Assembly: GCA_040751795.1 (NCBI GenBank) | Contig: JBFMHR010000003.1 | Location: forward strand, 192,001-256,000 | Length of the DNA stretch: 64,000 bases | Source: Thermoplasmatota archaeon | GTDB lineage: Archaea; Thermoplasmatota; Thermoplasmata; UBA10834 | Direction: 5' to 3' | Part shown: in pieces, positions 48,092-57,985 of the stretch | Layout of the letters: every line of letters begins with the position of its first letter | How positions within the stretch are numbered: position 1 is the first letter of the stretch | Program-made: the position numbers and the translations under genes | The notes under the pieces: model-generated | What the model was told of the DNA's origin: nothing | What the model saw: only the letters and a program-made list of their open reading frames with translations | The model's database searches: none

Positions 48092-50314
48092 CTATCTGTA
48101 GTAGCTGAGGCCATTATCATCTTTGCTCTTCTTAGACGTTGCGGTCTTGATCTCCTGGGCCTGCGATTCGTAGTACTTCATGGTGTCCTTGTCGGTCGAC
48201 GGCCTCACTGTAGCGAGCGCGCGCTCGAAGTGCTCCATGGTCACCTTCGAGGCCTTCTTCGACTGCCTGAGGGCGCCGAGCGCCGCCTCGCGGCAGAGGT
48301 TCTCGATGTCCGCGCCGACGAATCCCTCGAGCCTCTCCGCCAGGACGCCCAGGTCAACGCCCTCGAGGGGCATCCCCTTCGTGTGGACCTCCAGGATCTT
48401 CAGCCTGCTGGGCCTGTCGGGGACGGGCGTGAGCAGCAGCTTGTCGAACCTGCCTGGCCTGAGCAGCGCCGGGTCGACGATGTCCGGGCGGTTCGTCGCC
48501 GCGATGACGAACACGTTCTCCATGTCCTCCAGCCCGTCCATCGACGTGAGGAGCTGGTTGACGATCCGCTCCGTCGCACCGGAGTCGTTGCGCCCGCCCC
48601 GCCTCGGGGCGATGGCGTCGATCTCGTCGAGGAACACGATGCACGGCGAGACCTGCTTCGCCTTCTTGAATATCATCCTGACGGCCTTCTCGCTCTCCCC
48701 GACCCACTTGGACATGATCTCCGGGCCCTTGATGGGGATGAAGTTAGCCTTCGACTCGTTGGCGATCGCCCTCGCGATGAGGGTCTTCCCGGTGCCGGGC
48801 GGGCCGAAGAGCAGGACCCCCCTCGGCGGCCTGATGCCCAGCCTCCTGAACGACTCGGGGTCCTCCAGCGGCAGTTCGATCGCCTCGTGCAGGTCCTTCT
48901 TGACATGGTCGAGCCCGCCCACGTCCTGCCAGGTCGTCTTCGGTATCTCGACGAGGACCTCCCTCATCGCGCTGGGCTCGATCTCCTTCAGCGCGTCCGA
49001 GAAGTCCGCCGAGGTGACCTTCATCTTCTCGAGGAGCTCGGCGGGTATCGGCTTGCCGAGGTCTATGTCGGGGAGGTACCTCCTCAGGGCCCTCATGGCC
49101 GCCTCCCGCGCGAGCGCGGCCATGTCCGCGCCCACGAACCCGTGAGTGGACTCCGCGATCCTCTCGACCGCGATGTCCTCCGCGAGGGGCATGCCCCTCG
49201 TATGTATCTGGAATATCTCCTGTCTCCCCGCCACGGTCGGGACGCCTATCTGTATCTCGCGGTCGAACCTTCCCGGCCGCCTGAGGGCGGGGTCTATGGC
49301 GTCCTCGCGGTTGGTGGCTGCTATCACAATGACGTTGCCCCTCGTCGTGAGCCCGTCCATCAGCGTCAGGAGCTGGGCGACCACCCTCCTCTCGACCTCC
49401 CCGTGGACCTCGTCCCTCTTAGGGGCGATGGAGTCGAGCTCGTCGATGAATATCACGGACGGGGCGTTCTTCTCGGCCTCGGTGAAGATCTCCCTGAGGC
49501 GCTCCTCGCTCTGGCCGTAGAACTTCGACATTATCTCCGGGCCCTGTATGGAGAAGAAGTTGGCCCCGGCCTCGTTGGCGACCGCCCTGGCGATTAGGGT
49601 CTTGCCGGTGCCTGGCGGGCCGTACAGCAGGACGCCCTTGGGCGGGTCTATGCCGAGGCGCGTGAATACCTCGGGGTGCTTGAGGGGGAGCTCTATCATC
49701 TCCCTGATCCTCTGCAGCTCGTCCTCGAGCCCTCCGATGTCCTCGTAGGTGACGGAGGGCCTCGCCAGCTCCGTCACCTCCACCGGCTCGGTCTTGACCG
49801 ACAGCTCCGTCGACTCGGAGACCTGGACGATCCCGTTGGGGGCCGTGGACGCGACCACGAAGGGCAGGAACCCGCCCATGAGCGCGATGTTGGGGATGAT
49901 TATCTCGTCCCCCTTGACCAGGGCCCTGTTCAGGAGGCCCTTCTTGAAGAGCCCCTCGACGCCCTGGCCGAACCTCACCCTCTTCCCCGAGGGTATCTTG
50001 GGGGCCACGACGACCTTCTGGGCGGCCTGCGCCTCGGCCTTCCTGACCACGACGTTCTCGCCGATGGAGACCCCGGCGTTGCCCCTGATCATGCCGTCGA
50101 CCCTGATTATGCCCTTGCCCTCGTCCTCGTGGGCCGCCCTGAAGACCTTCGCCGCGGTCTTCTTGCCGCCGGTTATCTCTATTATGTCCCCGACGTCGGC
50201 GCCCAGCTCCTTCCTCGTGAACGAGTCTATCCTGGCCCTCCCGAGGCCCACCTCGGACTGGTGGTGGGCCCGGGCGACCCTCAGGGTGATGCCTTCCGCT
50301 TGTTTCTTGGCCAT
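48092..50314 (-). CDS. cdc48: CDC48/VAT AAA+ ATPase
   Basis: N domain plus two AAA modules with GPPGTGKT and RPGRFD. Confidence 0.97.
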   Translation of the reverse strand: MAKKQAEGITLRVARAHHQSEVGLGRARIDSFTRKELGADVGDIIEITGGKKTAAKVFRAAHEDEGKGIIRVDGMIRGNAGVSIGENVVVRKAEAQAAQKVVVAPKIPSGKRVRFGQGVEGLFKKGLLNRALVKGDEIIIPNIALMGGFLPFVVASTAPNGIVQVSESTELSVKTEPVEVTELARPSVTYEDIGGLEDELQRIREMIELPLKHPEVFTRLGIDPPKGVLLYGPPGTGKTLIARAVANEAGANFFSIQGPEIMSKFYGQSEERLREIFTEAEKNAPSVIFIDELDSIAPKRDEVHGEVERRVVAQLLTLMDGLTTRGNVIVIAATNREDAIDPALRRPGRFDREIQIGVPTVAGRQEIFQIHTRGMPLAEDIAVERIAESTHGFVGADMAALAREAAMRALRRYLPDIDLGKPIPAELLEKMKVTSADFSDALKEIEPSAMREVLVEIPKTTWQDVGGLDHVKKDLHEAIELPLEDPESFRRLGIRPPRGVLLFGPPGTGKTLIARAIANESKANFIPIKGPEIMSKWVGESEKAVRMIFKKAKQVSPCIVFLDEIDAIAPRRGGRNDSGATERIVNQLLTSMDGLEDMENVFVIAATNRPDIVDPALLRPGRFDKLLLTPVPDRPSRLKILEVHTKGMPLEGVDLGVLAERLEGFVGADIENLCREAALGALRQSKKASKVTMEHFERALATVRPSTDKDTMKYYESQAQEIKTATSKKSKDDNGLSYYR

Positions 50315-50544
50315 CTGACCGCCAAATCAGTCACCCTGCGGAAAAACGTTTGGGAGGGAGGGCGGCCGCCGTGCTGACATTCGACAGTGGAGGTGCCGCC
50401 GGAAACGATGTTCGAGATGTGCCGCAGCATATGGGCCAGCATTCGGAGGGACGCCCCGGAGGCCCGAATCGGCCGGGCGGGGCGCGGGTTGCTCAGAAAG
50501 CATTAAAAAAGCCCCACCCATACAAAACGACGCGAGGCTTCAGG

Positions 50545-51429
50545 ATGCACGAGGTACGTTTCCACGGCCGCGGCGGGCAAGGCGCGGTCATGGCTGCACA
50601 GGCACTCGCGAGCGCAGCACACCAGGAGGGCGGCTATGCGACCGCCTTCCCGTTCTTCGGGGCCGAGAGGCGAGGCGCCCCAGTGCTCGCGTTCACGAGG
50701 ATTGACAAGGGCAGGATATACCGCAAGACCCAGGTCTACGAGCCCGACATCGTCGTCGTCCTCGACGAGTCGCTCATCGACGTCGTCAACGTAGTCGACG
50801 GCCTGAAGGAGGGCGGGATGGTCATTGTCAACACGGCTAAGAGGCCCGAGGAGGTCGACGTGGGCAAGGACGTCAAGGTCGCCACCGTCGACGCGACCTC
50901 CGTCGCGCTCGAGATACTCAAGCAGCCGGCGACGAACTCGGCGATACTCGGCGCGCTGGCCAAGGCGACCGGCATGGTCAAGATCGAGTCCATCGAGAAG
51001 GGGATCATGCAGGTCTTCGGCGACAGGCTCGGCCCCAAGATCGGGGAGAAGAACGCTCTCGCCGCCAAGGCCGCCTACGACCGCACGGTCATCGGCCAGT
51101 CGCACGGCAAGCGCCCGCTCACGAAGGCCAAGAAGTGGCTGCCGGACGTCAATGAGCTCCCGATGGGGGCGGCCGCGGTCAAGAAGGAGACCGCCGCCGG
51201 CCTGGTCGGTCCGGGCTCGTTCATCGAGAACAAGACGGGCAGCTGGAAGGTCTTCAGGCCCGAGTACGACAAGGAGAAGTGCACCATGTGCAACTTCTGC
51301 TGGTTCTACTGCCCCGAGGGTTGCATCTACAGGAAGGACGACCGCATGGAGTTCGACATGAGCTACTGCAAGGGCTGCGGGATATGCGCCAACGAGTGCC
51401 CCGTCGAGGCCATCAAGATGGTGAGGTGA
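50545..51429 (+). CDS. 2-oxoacid:ferredoxin oxidoreductase gamma-delta fusion
   Basis: [18 protein letters not shown]; C-terminal TGSW and CxxCxxCxxxCP x2. Confidence 0.93.
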   Translation: MHEVRFHGRGGQGAVMAAQALASAAHQEGGYATAFPFFGAERRGAPVLAFTRIDKGRIYRKTQVYEPDIVVVLDESLIDVVNVVDGLKEGGMVIVNTAKRPEEVDVGKDVKVATVDATSVALEILKQPATNSAILGALAKATGMVKIESIEKGIMQVFGDRLGPKIGEKNALAAKAAYDRTVIGQSHGKRPLTKAKKWLPDVNELPMGAAAVKKETAAGLVGPGSFIENKTGSWKVFRPEYDKEKCTMCNFCWFYCPEGCIYRKDDRMEFDMSYCKGCGICANECPVEAIKMVR

Positions 51430-51434
51430 GAGAG

Positions 51435-52616
51435 ATGGTCCAGAAGGTCGTAACCGGGAACTACGCAGCGGCATACGGGGCCATGAGGAGCAGGGTCAAG
51501 ACGGTCGCAGCATACCCCATCACCCCGCAGACGTTCATAGTCGAGCACCTCTCCGAGTTCGTCAACAACGGGGAGCTGGACTGCGAGTACATCGAGGTTG
51601 AGAGCGAGCACTCCGCCATGAGCGCGTGCGTGTCCGCGAGCGCCTCGGGCGTCCGCACGTTCACGGCCACATCGTCACAGGGGCTCGCGCTGATGCACGA
51701 GCTCCTCCCGATCGCGAGCGGCCTGAGGCTCCCGGTCGTGATGGCGGTCGTGAACAGGGCGATAGCCGCCCCGATCAACATCTGGGTCGAGCACTCCGAC
51801 ATCATGCCCGAGAGGGACTCCGGGTGGCTGCAGGTCTTCTGCGACCACAACCAGGAGGTCCAGGACATGGTCCTCCAGGCGTTCAAGATCGCGGAGGACA
51901 AGCGCGTCGCGCTGCCGATGTCGGTGGGCCTGGACGCGTTCATCCTCTCGCACACGGTGGAGCCCGTGGACCTGATCTGCTCGGAAGACGCGGACAAGTT
52001 CCTGCCCAAGTACAGCCCGCCGAGCCCGACCCTCGACACGAAGGACGTCAGGTCGGTCGGCGTGTTCGTGCCGCCCGAGTACATGATGGAGACTCGGTGG
52101 CAGCTGGACAGGGCCGTCCGCGAGGCCCCGACGGTCATCGAGGAGGTCAACAAGCAGTTCGCCCGGCAGTTCGGGAGGGACCACGGAGGGATGATCGACG
52201 CCTACAGGTGCGACGACGCGGACGCGGTCCTCATCACCCTCGGCACGGTCAGCTCGACCGCCCACGAGGTGGTCGACTCGATGCGCGCTGAGGGCAAGAA
52301 GGTCGGCCTTGTCAAGCAGAGGTTCTGGAGGCCGTACCCGGCCAAGCAGCTCCGCGCCATAGCCGAGAAGGCCAAGGCCGTCGGCGTGTTCGACAGGGCC
52401 GTGTCCTACGGGGTCGCGGGCCCGTCCTACATCGAGTTCAGGAACGCCGCCTACGGCCTGAACGTCCCGACCATGGACTTCATAGGCGGCCTGGGCGGCA
52501 ACGACGTCTCGCTGGCGGACATCCGGTTCATCTACGACCGCCTGCTCGAGGCGGCGAAGACCGGGAAGGCCAGGCGCGAAGTGACCTGGCTGAACACCAG
52601 GGGGGTGGAGCAGTGA
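51435..52616 (+). CDS. porA: pyruvate/ketoisovalerate:ferredoxin oxidoreductase alpha subunit
   Basis: AYPITPQT, VESEHSA, TATSSQGL. Confidence 0.93.
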   Translation: MVQKVVTGNYAAAYGAMRSRVKTVAAYPITPQTFIVEHLSEFVNNGELDCEYIEVESEHSAMSACVSASASGVRTFTATSSQGLALMHELLPIASGLRLPVVMAVVNRAIAAPINIWVEHSDIMPERDSGWLQVFCDHNQEVQDMVLQAFKIAEDKRVALPMSVGLDAFILSHTVEPVDLICSEDADKFLPKYSPPSPTLDTKDVRSVGVFVPPEYMMETRWQLDRAVREAPTVIEEVNKQFARQFGRDHGGMIDAYRCDDADAVLITLGTVSSTAHEVVDSMRAEGKKVGLVKQRFWRPYPAKQLRAIAEKAKAVGVFDRAVSYGVAGPSYIEFRNAAYGLNVPTMDFIGGLGGNDVSLADIRFIYDRLLEAAKTGKARREVTWLNTRGVEQ

Positions 52617-53503
52617 AGCTCAAGGAGTTGCCGGACGAGGAGATGTTCACCCGCGGGCACACGGCGTGCGCGGGCTGCGGCGGCGCGATCGCCGTCAGGA
52701 ACCTGATGAAGATACTGGGCAAGGACACGGTGGTCGTCAACCCCGCATGCTGCCTGCTCATCTTCGGGGCCACATACCCGAACATCGCATGGAAGGTCCC
52801 GTTCCACCACGTGGCGTTCGAGAACACCGCCGCGTGCGCGACCGGGATGGCCAGGGCCCTGAAGGCGAAGGGCGACGGCGACACCCTCGTCATGGGGATC
52901 GCCGGCGACGGCGGCACCGCTGACATCGGCTTCCAGGCCCTCTCCGGGGCGGCCGAGAGGAACGAGGACATCCTCTACGTCATGTACGACAACGAGGCCT
53001 ACATGAACACAGGTATCCAGAGGTCGGGGTCCACCCCGTTCGGCGCGTGGACGACAACGACCCCCGTGGGCAAGGTCAGGTCGGGCAAGGCCAACTTCAA
53101 GAAGGACATGCCCCAGATCATGATGGCCCACAACGTCCCGTACGTCGCGACCGCGTCGGTCGGCCACATCCAGGACTTCATCAACAAGTTCGAGAAGGCC
53201 AAGAAGATCAAGGGCTTCAGGTACATCCAGGTCTTCACGCCCTGCCCGACGGGGTGGAGGCACGACACCGCCAAGACCATCGAGGTGTGCAAGCTGGCCG
53301 TCGACACCGGGATGTGGACCCTGTACGAGTGCGAGAACGGGAAGGTCACCATAAACAGGAAGCCGAAGATGACCCCCGTCGCCGACTACCTGAAGATCCA
53401 GGGCAGGTTCAGGCACATGACGGAAGAGGACATCAAGAAGCTGCAGGACTGGGTCACCAGGAAGTGGCAGGCGGACGAGAAGTTCGCCCAGTGCAAGTCC
53501 TGA
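52613..53503 (+). CDS. porB: pyruvate/ketoisovalerate:ferredoxin oxidoreductase beta subunit
   Basis: GHTACAGCG, GDGGTADIG, DNEAYMNTG, PCPTGW. Confidence 0.93.
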   Translation: MKLKELPDEEMFTRGHTACAGCGGAIAVRNLMKILGKDTVVVNPACCLLIFGATYPNIAWKVPFHHVAFENTAACATGMARALKAKGDGDTLVMGIAGDGGTADIGFQALSGAAERNEDILYVMYDNEAYMNTGIQRSGSTPFGAWTTTTPVGKVRSGKANFKKDMPQIMMAHNVPYVATASVGHIQDFINKFEKAKKIKGFRYIQVFTPCPTGWRHDTAKTIEVCKLAVDTGMWTLYECENGKVTINRKPKMTPVADYLKIQGRFRHMTEEDIKKLQDWVTRKWQADEKFAQCKS

Positions 53504-53567
53504 ACAGGGCCCGCCAAACCCCTTGAAACCCTACTTGTTCCATCCACCGGCCGCCGGCGGTGCGGCC

Positions 53568-54413
53568 TCAGGCTAGGCTCTTCCGCATCTCGACCTGCTT
53601 CATCGTCACGGCGAAGTCGAACTTGTCCAGCATGCGCAGGACCTGTGGGTCCTCGTTCAGGTTGTAGATCGCGACCTTGAATGCCCCGAGCTCCCAGAGC
53701 CTGTTGAGGGCGAACTTCGCCAGGGAGGTCCCTATCCCCTCCCCCCTCCGGCCGGGGAGGACCCCGAGGTACGGGATGTAGCCCGTCGACTCGACCTTCC
53801 GGACGAGGACGAACCCCCCGTCAGCGATGTAGCACTCCGCCGTGCGGACGGACGAGACAAGCCCGTGGACCTTCCTCCTCTGCCAGCATGTGTCGGAGTA
53901 GGCCTCGGCGTGCATCGGCATGAGCTCCTCGAGGGCGGCCCTCCGGGGCCGGATGCCGTACCCCGCGAACTGGACGGGCTTCCCCTCGGCGCAGATGTAC
54001 TTCCTGACGTCCCTGTAGCCGATGTGCGAGTAGAGCGAGTAGGCGCGCTCGTTCCCCTCGATGACCTCGAGGACCGATGCGCGGGCCCCCTCCCTCCGGG
54101 AGAACTCCTCGCCGGCGAGCATCAGCCTCTTGCCCAGCCCCCTGCCCCTGTGGCTCGGAACCACTCCGACGCCGCCGACCCAGGACTCGCCGCCGTCGAC
54201 CACCGGGTTGACGTAGCCGACGACCCTGCCTCCGTCCGTGGCGACTATCACGTTGGACAGTTTGCCCCCAACGGACTGGACGAAGTCGACGAAGAACTCC
54301 CTGCTCGACCTCATGGGCACGAGGTAGTCGGAGAAGATCTCGTTCTGCGCGTCCACGAGCGCGTCGAGCTCCCCACTCGCGATGTGCCTGAGCTGGATGC
54401 CTTCGCCGGCCAT
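53568..54413 (-). CDS. tandem GNAT N-acetyltransferase
   Basis: Two motif A copies: RGRGLG and RGEGIG. Confidence 0.9.
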   Translation of the reverse strand: MAGEGIQLRHIASGELDALVDAQNEIFSDYLVPMRSSREFFVDFVQSVGGKLSNVIVATDGGRVVGYVNPVVDGGESWVGGVGVVPSHRGRGLGKRLMLAGEEFSRREGARASVLEVIEGNERAYSLYSHIGYRDVRKYICAEGKPVQFAGYGIRPRRAALEELMPMHAEAYSDTCWQRRKVHGLVSSVRTAECYIADGGFVLVRKVESTGYIPYLGVLPGRRGEGIGTSLAKFALNRLWELGAFKVAIYNLNEDPQVLRMLDKFDFAVTMKQVEMRKSLA

Positions 54414-54423
54414 CTCAAGCCCT

Positions 54424-55908
54424 CTAGACCGCCTCTGGCTTCATGTGGGGGAACAGCAGGACCTCCTTGATGGAGGGCGCGTCGGTGAGTATCATGGCGA
54501 ACCTGTCGACCCCTATCCCGAGGCCGCCGGTGGGCGGGAGCCCGCACTCCAGGGCGCGGATGTAGTCGAGGTCGATCGGGTGCGCCTCCTCGTCGCCCTC
54601 GTTCTTCAGCCGGTCCTGCTCCCTGAACCTCTGCTCCTGCTCCTCGGGGTCGTTCAGCTCCGAGAACGCGTTGGCGAACTCCCAGCCGTTGATGAACAGC
54701 TCGAACCGCTCCACCAGGCTCGGGTCCCCGCGCTTCCTCTTCGCAAGTGGCGAGACCTCCAGCGGGTGGTCTATGACGAACGTCGGGTCGATCAGGCTGG
54801 GCTGCGCCTTCTGGTCGAAGAGCTCGGCCACTATCTTGCCCATCTCCCCGCAGTCCTCGATGTCCCTGACGCCGAGTGCCATCGCCGCGGCCCTCGCCTC
54901 GGCCACGTCCTTGAAGGTGGATATGTCCAGGCCCGTGTGCTCCTTGATCGCGTCGTGCATCGTGACCCTGCGCCAAGGCCTCGTGAAGTCGAGGACCTTG
55001 TCGCCGTACTTGATCTTCTCAGTCCCGACGATGTGCATCGCGGTGTCGTACAGGAGGCTCTCGGTGAGGTCCATGATGGCCTCGTAGTCGACGTAGGCCT
55101 CGTATAGCTCCAGGGAGGTGTACTCGGGGTAGTGCTGCGCGTCTATGTCCTCGTTCCTGAAGTTCTTCCCGATCTCGTAGACCTTCTCAAGGTTCCCGAC
55201 GATGCACCTCTTGTGGTACAGCTCGGGCGCTATCCTGAGGTAGAGGTCCATGTCTAGGTAGTTGTGGTGGGTGACGAAGGGCCGGGCCAGCGCGCCGCCG
55301 TAGAGCGGCTGCAGTATGGGCGTCTCGACCTCGAGGAAGCCGCGCTTGTTGAGCCAGTCCCTCATGAACGCGACCATCCTGCTGCGGCTGATGAACCTCC
55401 GCCTGACGTCGTCGTTCATGGCGAGGTCGAGGTACCTCTGCCTGTACCTCGTCTGGACGTCCTGCAGCCCGTGGAACTTCTCGGGGAACGGTATGAGCGC
55501 CTTCGAGAGCACCTCGATCTCCCTGACCGCGACGGTTACCTCGCCCATCTTGGTCCTGAACACCGGCCCGCGGACGCCTATAATGTCGCCGCGGTCGAGG
55601 GCGGTGAACGTGGTCCAGGCCTCCTGTCCGACCTCGTCGAGCCTGACGTAGACCTGCACCTTCCCCTCCCTGTCCACGAGGTCGGCGAAGCCGGCCTTCC
55701 CGTGGACCCGGATGGCCATCACCCTCCCCGCGGCAGCGACCTCCTTCGCGCTCCTCTCGGCGCCAGCCCCGGCGAACTCGCTCCTGATCGAGACGGTGTC
55801 GTGGGTGCGTGCGAACTCGTACTTCTTGTAGGGGTCGAGCCCCCTGCTCTTGAGCGCCTCGAGCTTGCCCTTCATCAGGGCCCTCATGTCGCTCTCCTGT
55901 TCGGGCAT
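54424..55908 (-). CDS. lysS: lysine--tRNA ligase, class II
   Basis: OB anticodon domain, RYRQRYLDL, GGALARPF, FRNE, PPTGGLGIGVDR. Confidence 0.97.
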   Translation of the reverse strand: MPEQESDMRALMKGKLEALKSRGLDPYKKYEFARTHDTVSIRSEFAGAGAERSAKEVAAAGRVMAIRVHGKAGFADLVDREGKVQVYVRLDEVGQEAWTTFTALDRGDIIGVRGPVFRTKMGEVTVAVREIEVLSKALIPFPEKFHGLQDVQTRYRQRYLDLAMNDDVRRRFISRSRMVAFMRDWLNKRGFLEVETPILQPLYGGALARPFVTHHNYLDMDLYLRIAPELYHKRCIVGNLEKVYEIGKNFRNEDIDAQHYPEYTSLELYEAYVDYEAIMDLTESLLYDTAMHIVGTEKIKYGDKVLDFTRPWRRVTMHDAIKEHTGLDISTFKDVAEARAAAMALGVRDIEDCGEMGKIVAELFDQKAQPSLIDPTFVIDHPLEVSPLAKRKRGDPSLVERFELFINGWEFANAFSELNDPEEQEQRFREQDRLKNEGDEEAHPIDLDYIRALECGLPPTGGLGIGVDRFAMILTDAPSIKEVLLFPHMKPEAV

Positions 55909-56062
55909 CAGGCATCCCCCGGGTAGGGTGCGTTCTCATATCCCCAGGGCCTACTTAAACGTAAGCGGCCGCCGGGCAGGGCCAACGCATCGATATCGCT
56001 CTCTCTCGCACTCATGCAGAACCACTCTCGGGCAGGGACGGCGGCTCGCGCCGCGGGCCCCG

Positions 56063-56434
56063 CTAACCCTTCTTCTCCCCTTCGGCCTCTGAGATGGCCG
56101 CGAGGAGCTCCTCTATCCTGAAGGGCTTGAGGAGGAACCCCCTGGCCCCGGCCGCGAGCGCCTCCTTCTCGATGTGGAGGTCGGCGCTCCCGAAGAATAT
56201 CAGCGCCTCAGGGTCCATCTTGAGGATCTCCTGGGTCGCGCTCACGCCGTCCTTGATCGGCATCCTCTGGTCCATGATTATGACGACGGGCTTCTCCTTC
56301 ATGTCCCTGTACTTCCTCACGGCCTCCTCGCCGTCGGAGGCCACGTCGACGACCGTGTGGCCGTTGGCCTCGAGGATGTCTTTGTACAGGTCGACGATGA
56401 ACTTCTCGTCGTCGACAAGGAACACCGTGGCGAT
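56063..56434 (-). CDS. single-domain response regulator (CheY-like receiver)
   Basis: FLVDD, MDQRMP.KDG, SA, LLKPF; start ATC 56434 or GTG 56425. Confidence 0.92.
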   Translation of the reverse strand: MATVFLVDDEKFIVDLYKDILEANGHTVVDVASDGEEAVRKYRDMKEKPVVIIMDQRMPIKDGVSATQEILKMDPEALIFFGSADLHIEKEALAAGARGFLLKPFRIEELLAAISEAEGEKKG

Positions 56435-56659
56435 AGTACTACCTCCGAATCCCTCTCTTCAGCCCTCTGCTCTCTGATGGGTCCGCCTAGATGTCGTCAC
56501 GCCGTGACCGCGCCTAGCCAGATGGGATTCTGTCAATTATCTTGTACATTATATAATGCTTTTCCTGATGGCCCGTCGCCTGGGAGGCGCCGAGGAGGGT
56601 GGGCGACTGGCCCGTAAAGGCTTATATATGGAGGCCCTCAATAGGCCTCCCCGAGGCCT

Positions 56660-56827
56660 ATGCCGAAGCAGAAGAAGGGCGAGGGGTTCCACTCCGCAGC
56701 CGGTCTCATCCGGTACTTCGACTCCGAGGATGAGAAGGCGCTGAAGATCAACCCGTGGTTCGTCGTCGCCATGTGCATCACCGCATCGGTGGTGGTGCTC
56801 GTCCTGGGCGCCCTGTACCCGACCTGA
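56660..56827 (+). CDS. secG: preprotein translocase subunit Sec61beta
   Basis: Not in the ORF track; MPKQKKGEGFHSAAGLIRYFDSEDEKALKINPWFVV plus one TM; TATA TTATATA near 56622. Confidence 0.93.
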   Translation: MPKQKKGEGFHSAAGLIRYFDSEDEKALKINPWFVVAMCITASVVVLVLGALYPT

Positions 56828-57117
56828 CGCCGCCCGGCCCCTGAGTTCTACGCCACGCCGCATGCCAGCGCCCGCGCCGCATGTACACATGTGTCCGTCA
56901 GGCGCCGCGCACCGGACACAACAACTAAATACCGTCGTTGGCTTCGCTGGCCTGCTCGAGGCGCAAGGACATGGCTCCAAGATCGGTCGTGTTTGGTTGT
57001 CTTCACGCGTGAGTCCACGCGTACCAGCATGCGCCCCGGGTTGTTCTGTGCCGTAGGTCAACGCGTCAGCGTGCTCGCTGGCCCTGGCTCGCCGGCGCCG
57101 ACCATGGAGGTGTTTCA

Positions 57118-57984
57118 GTGAGCATGCTCAGGATAGCTCTGCCGAACAAGGGAAGGTTGAACGGAAGCGCGGTCAGGCTCATGAACAGGATAGGGTTCCC
57201 GGTGCCCGACTCGAACAGCCGGACCCTCCTGGCCGAGTTCGGCAAGGGCCGGTACCAGGTCCTCATGGCGCGGGCCCAGGACATCCCCGAGTTCGTGGAG
57301 ATGGGCGCGGCCGACATAGGCATCACTGGCCTTGACCTGGTCCTGGAGACCAAGAGGGACGTCAGGAGGCTCATGGACCTCGACTTCGGCAGGTGCCGGC
57401 TCGTGGCCGCGGTGCCGGAGGAATCCAGCGTCAAGGGGGCGGCCGACGTGCCGGACGGCTGCGTCGTCGCCACCTCGTTCCCCAACCTGACCAGGGAGTT
57501 CTTCCAAGGGCTCGGCAGGGCCGTGACGCCGGCCGAGGTGTCCGGGTCCACGGAGGTCGCGCCGCGGATCGGCCTCGCGGACGTCATCGTCGACCTCACC
57601 GAGACAGGCTCGACGATGAAGATGAACCGCCTCAGGGAGGTCGGCGTCATCCTCGAGTCGGTGGCCGTGGTCATCGCGAACCCGAGGGCGATCGAGGAGA
57701 AGCGCCTCACGATCGAGGAGGTCACGAGCGCGTTCGCCAGCGTGATGAACGCCTCCAGGAAGCGCTACATCATGGCGAACGTCCCCAGGGACAGGCTCCA
57801 GACCCTGAACACCCTCGTGCCCGGCGTCTCCGGGCCGACGGTCATGAACATCATGGGGAGGGACGACCTGGTGGCGATCCACGCGGTCACGAACGAGGAC
57901 GAGGTCAACGGCGTGATCGCCATGCTCAAGGGCATCGGGGCCGCGGGGATACTCGTGATGCCGATAGAAAGGATGGTGCTCTGA
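57118..57984 (+). CDS. hisG: ATP phosphoribosyltransferase (long form)
   Basis: IALPNKGRL, RAQDIP, GSTE.AP, TGSTM; C-terminal regulatory domain. Confidence 0.97.
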   Translation: MSMLRIALPNKGRLNGSAVRLMNRIGFPVPDSNSRTLLAEFGKGRYQVLMARAQDIPEFVEMGAADIGITGLDLVLETKRDVRRLMDLDFGRCRLVAAVPEESSVKGAADVPDGCVVATSFPNLTREFFQGLGRAVTPAEVSGSTEVAPRIGLADVIVDLTETGSTMKMNRLREVGVILESVAVVIANPRAIEEKRLTIEEVTSAFASVMNASRKRYIMANVPRDRLQTLNTLVPGVSGPTVMNIMGRDDLVAIHAVTNEDEVNGVIAMLKGIGAAGILVMPIERMVL

Positions 57985-57985
57985 C

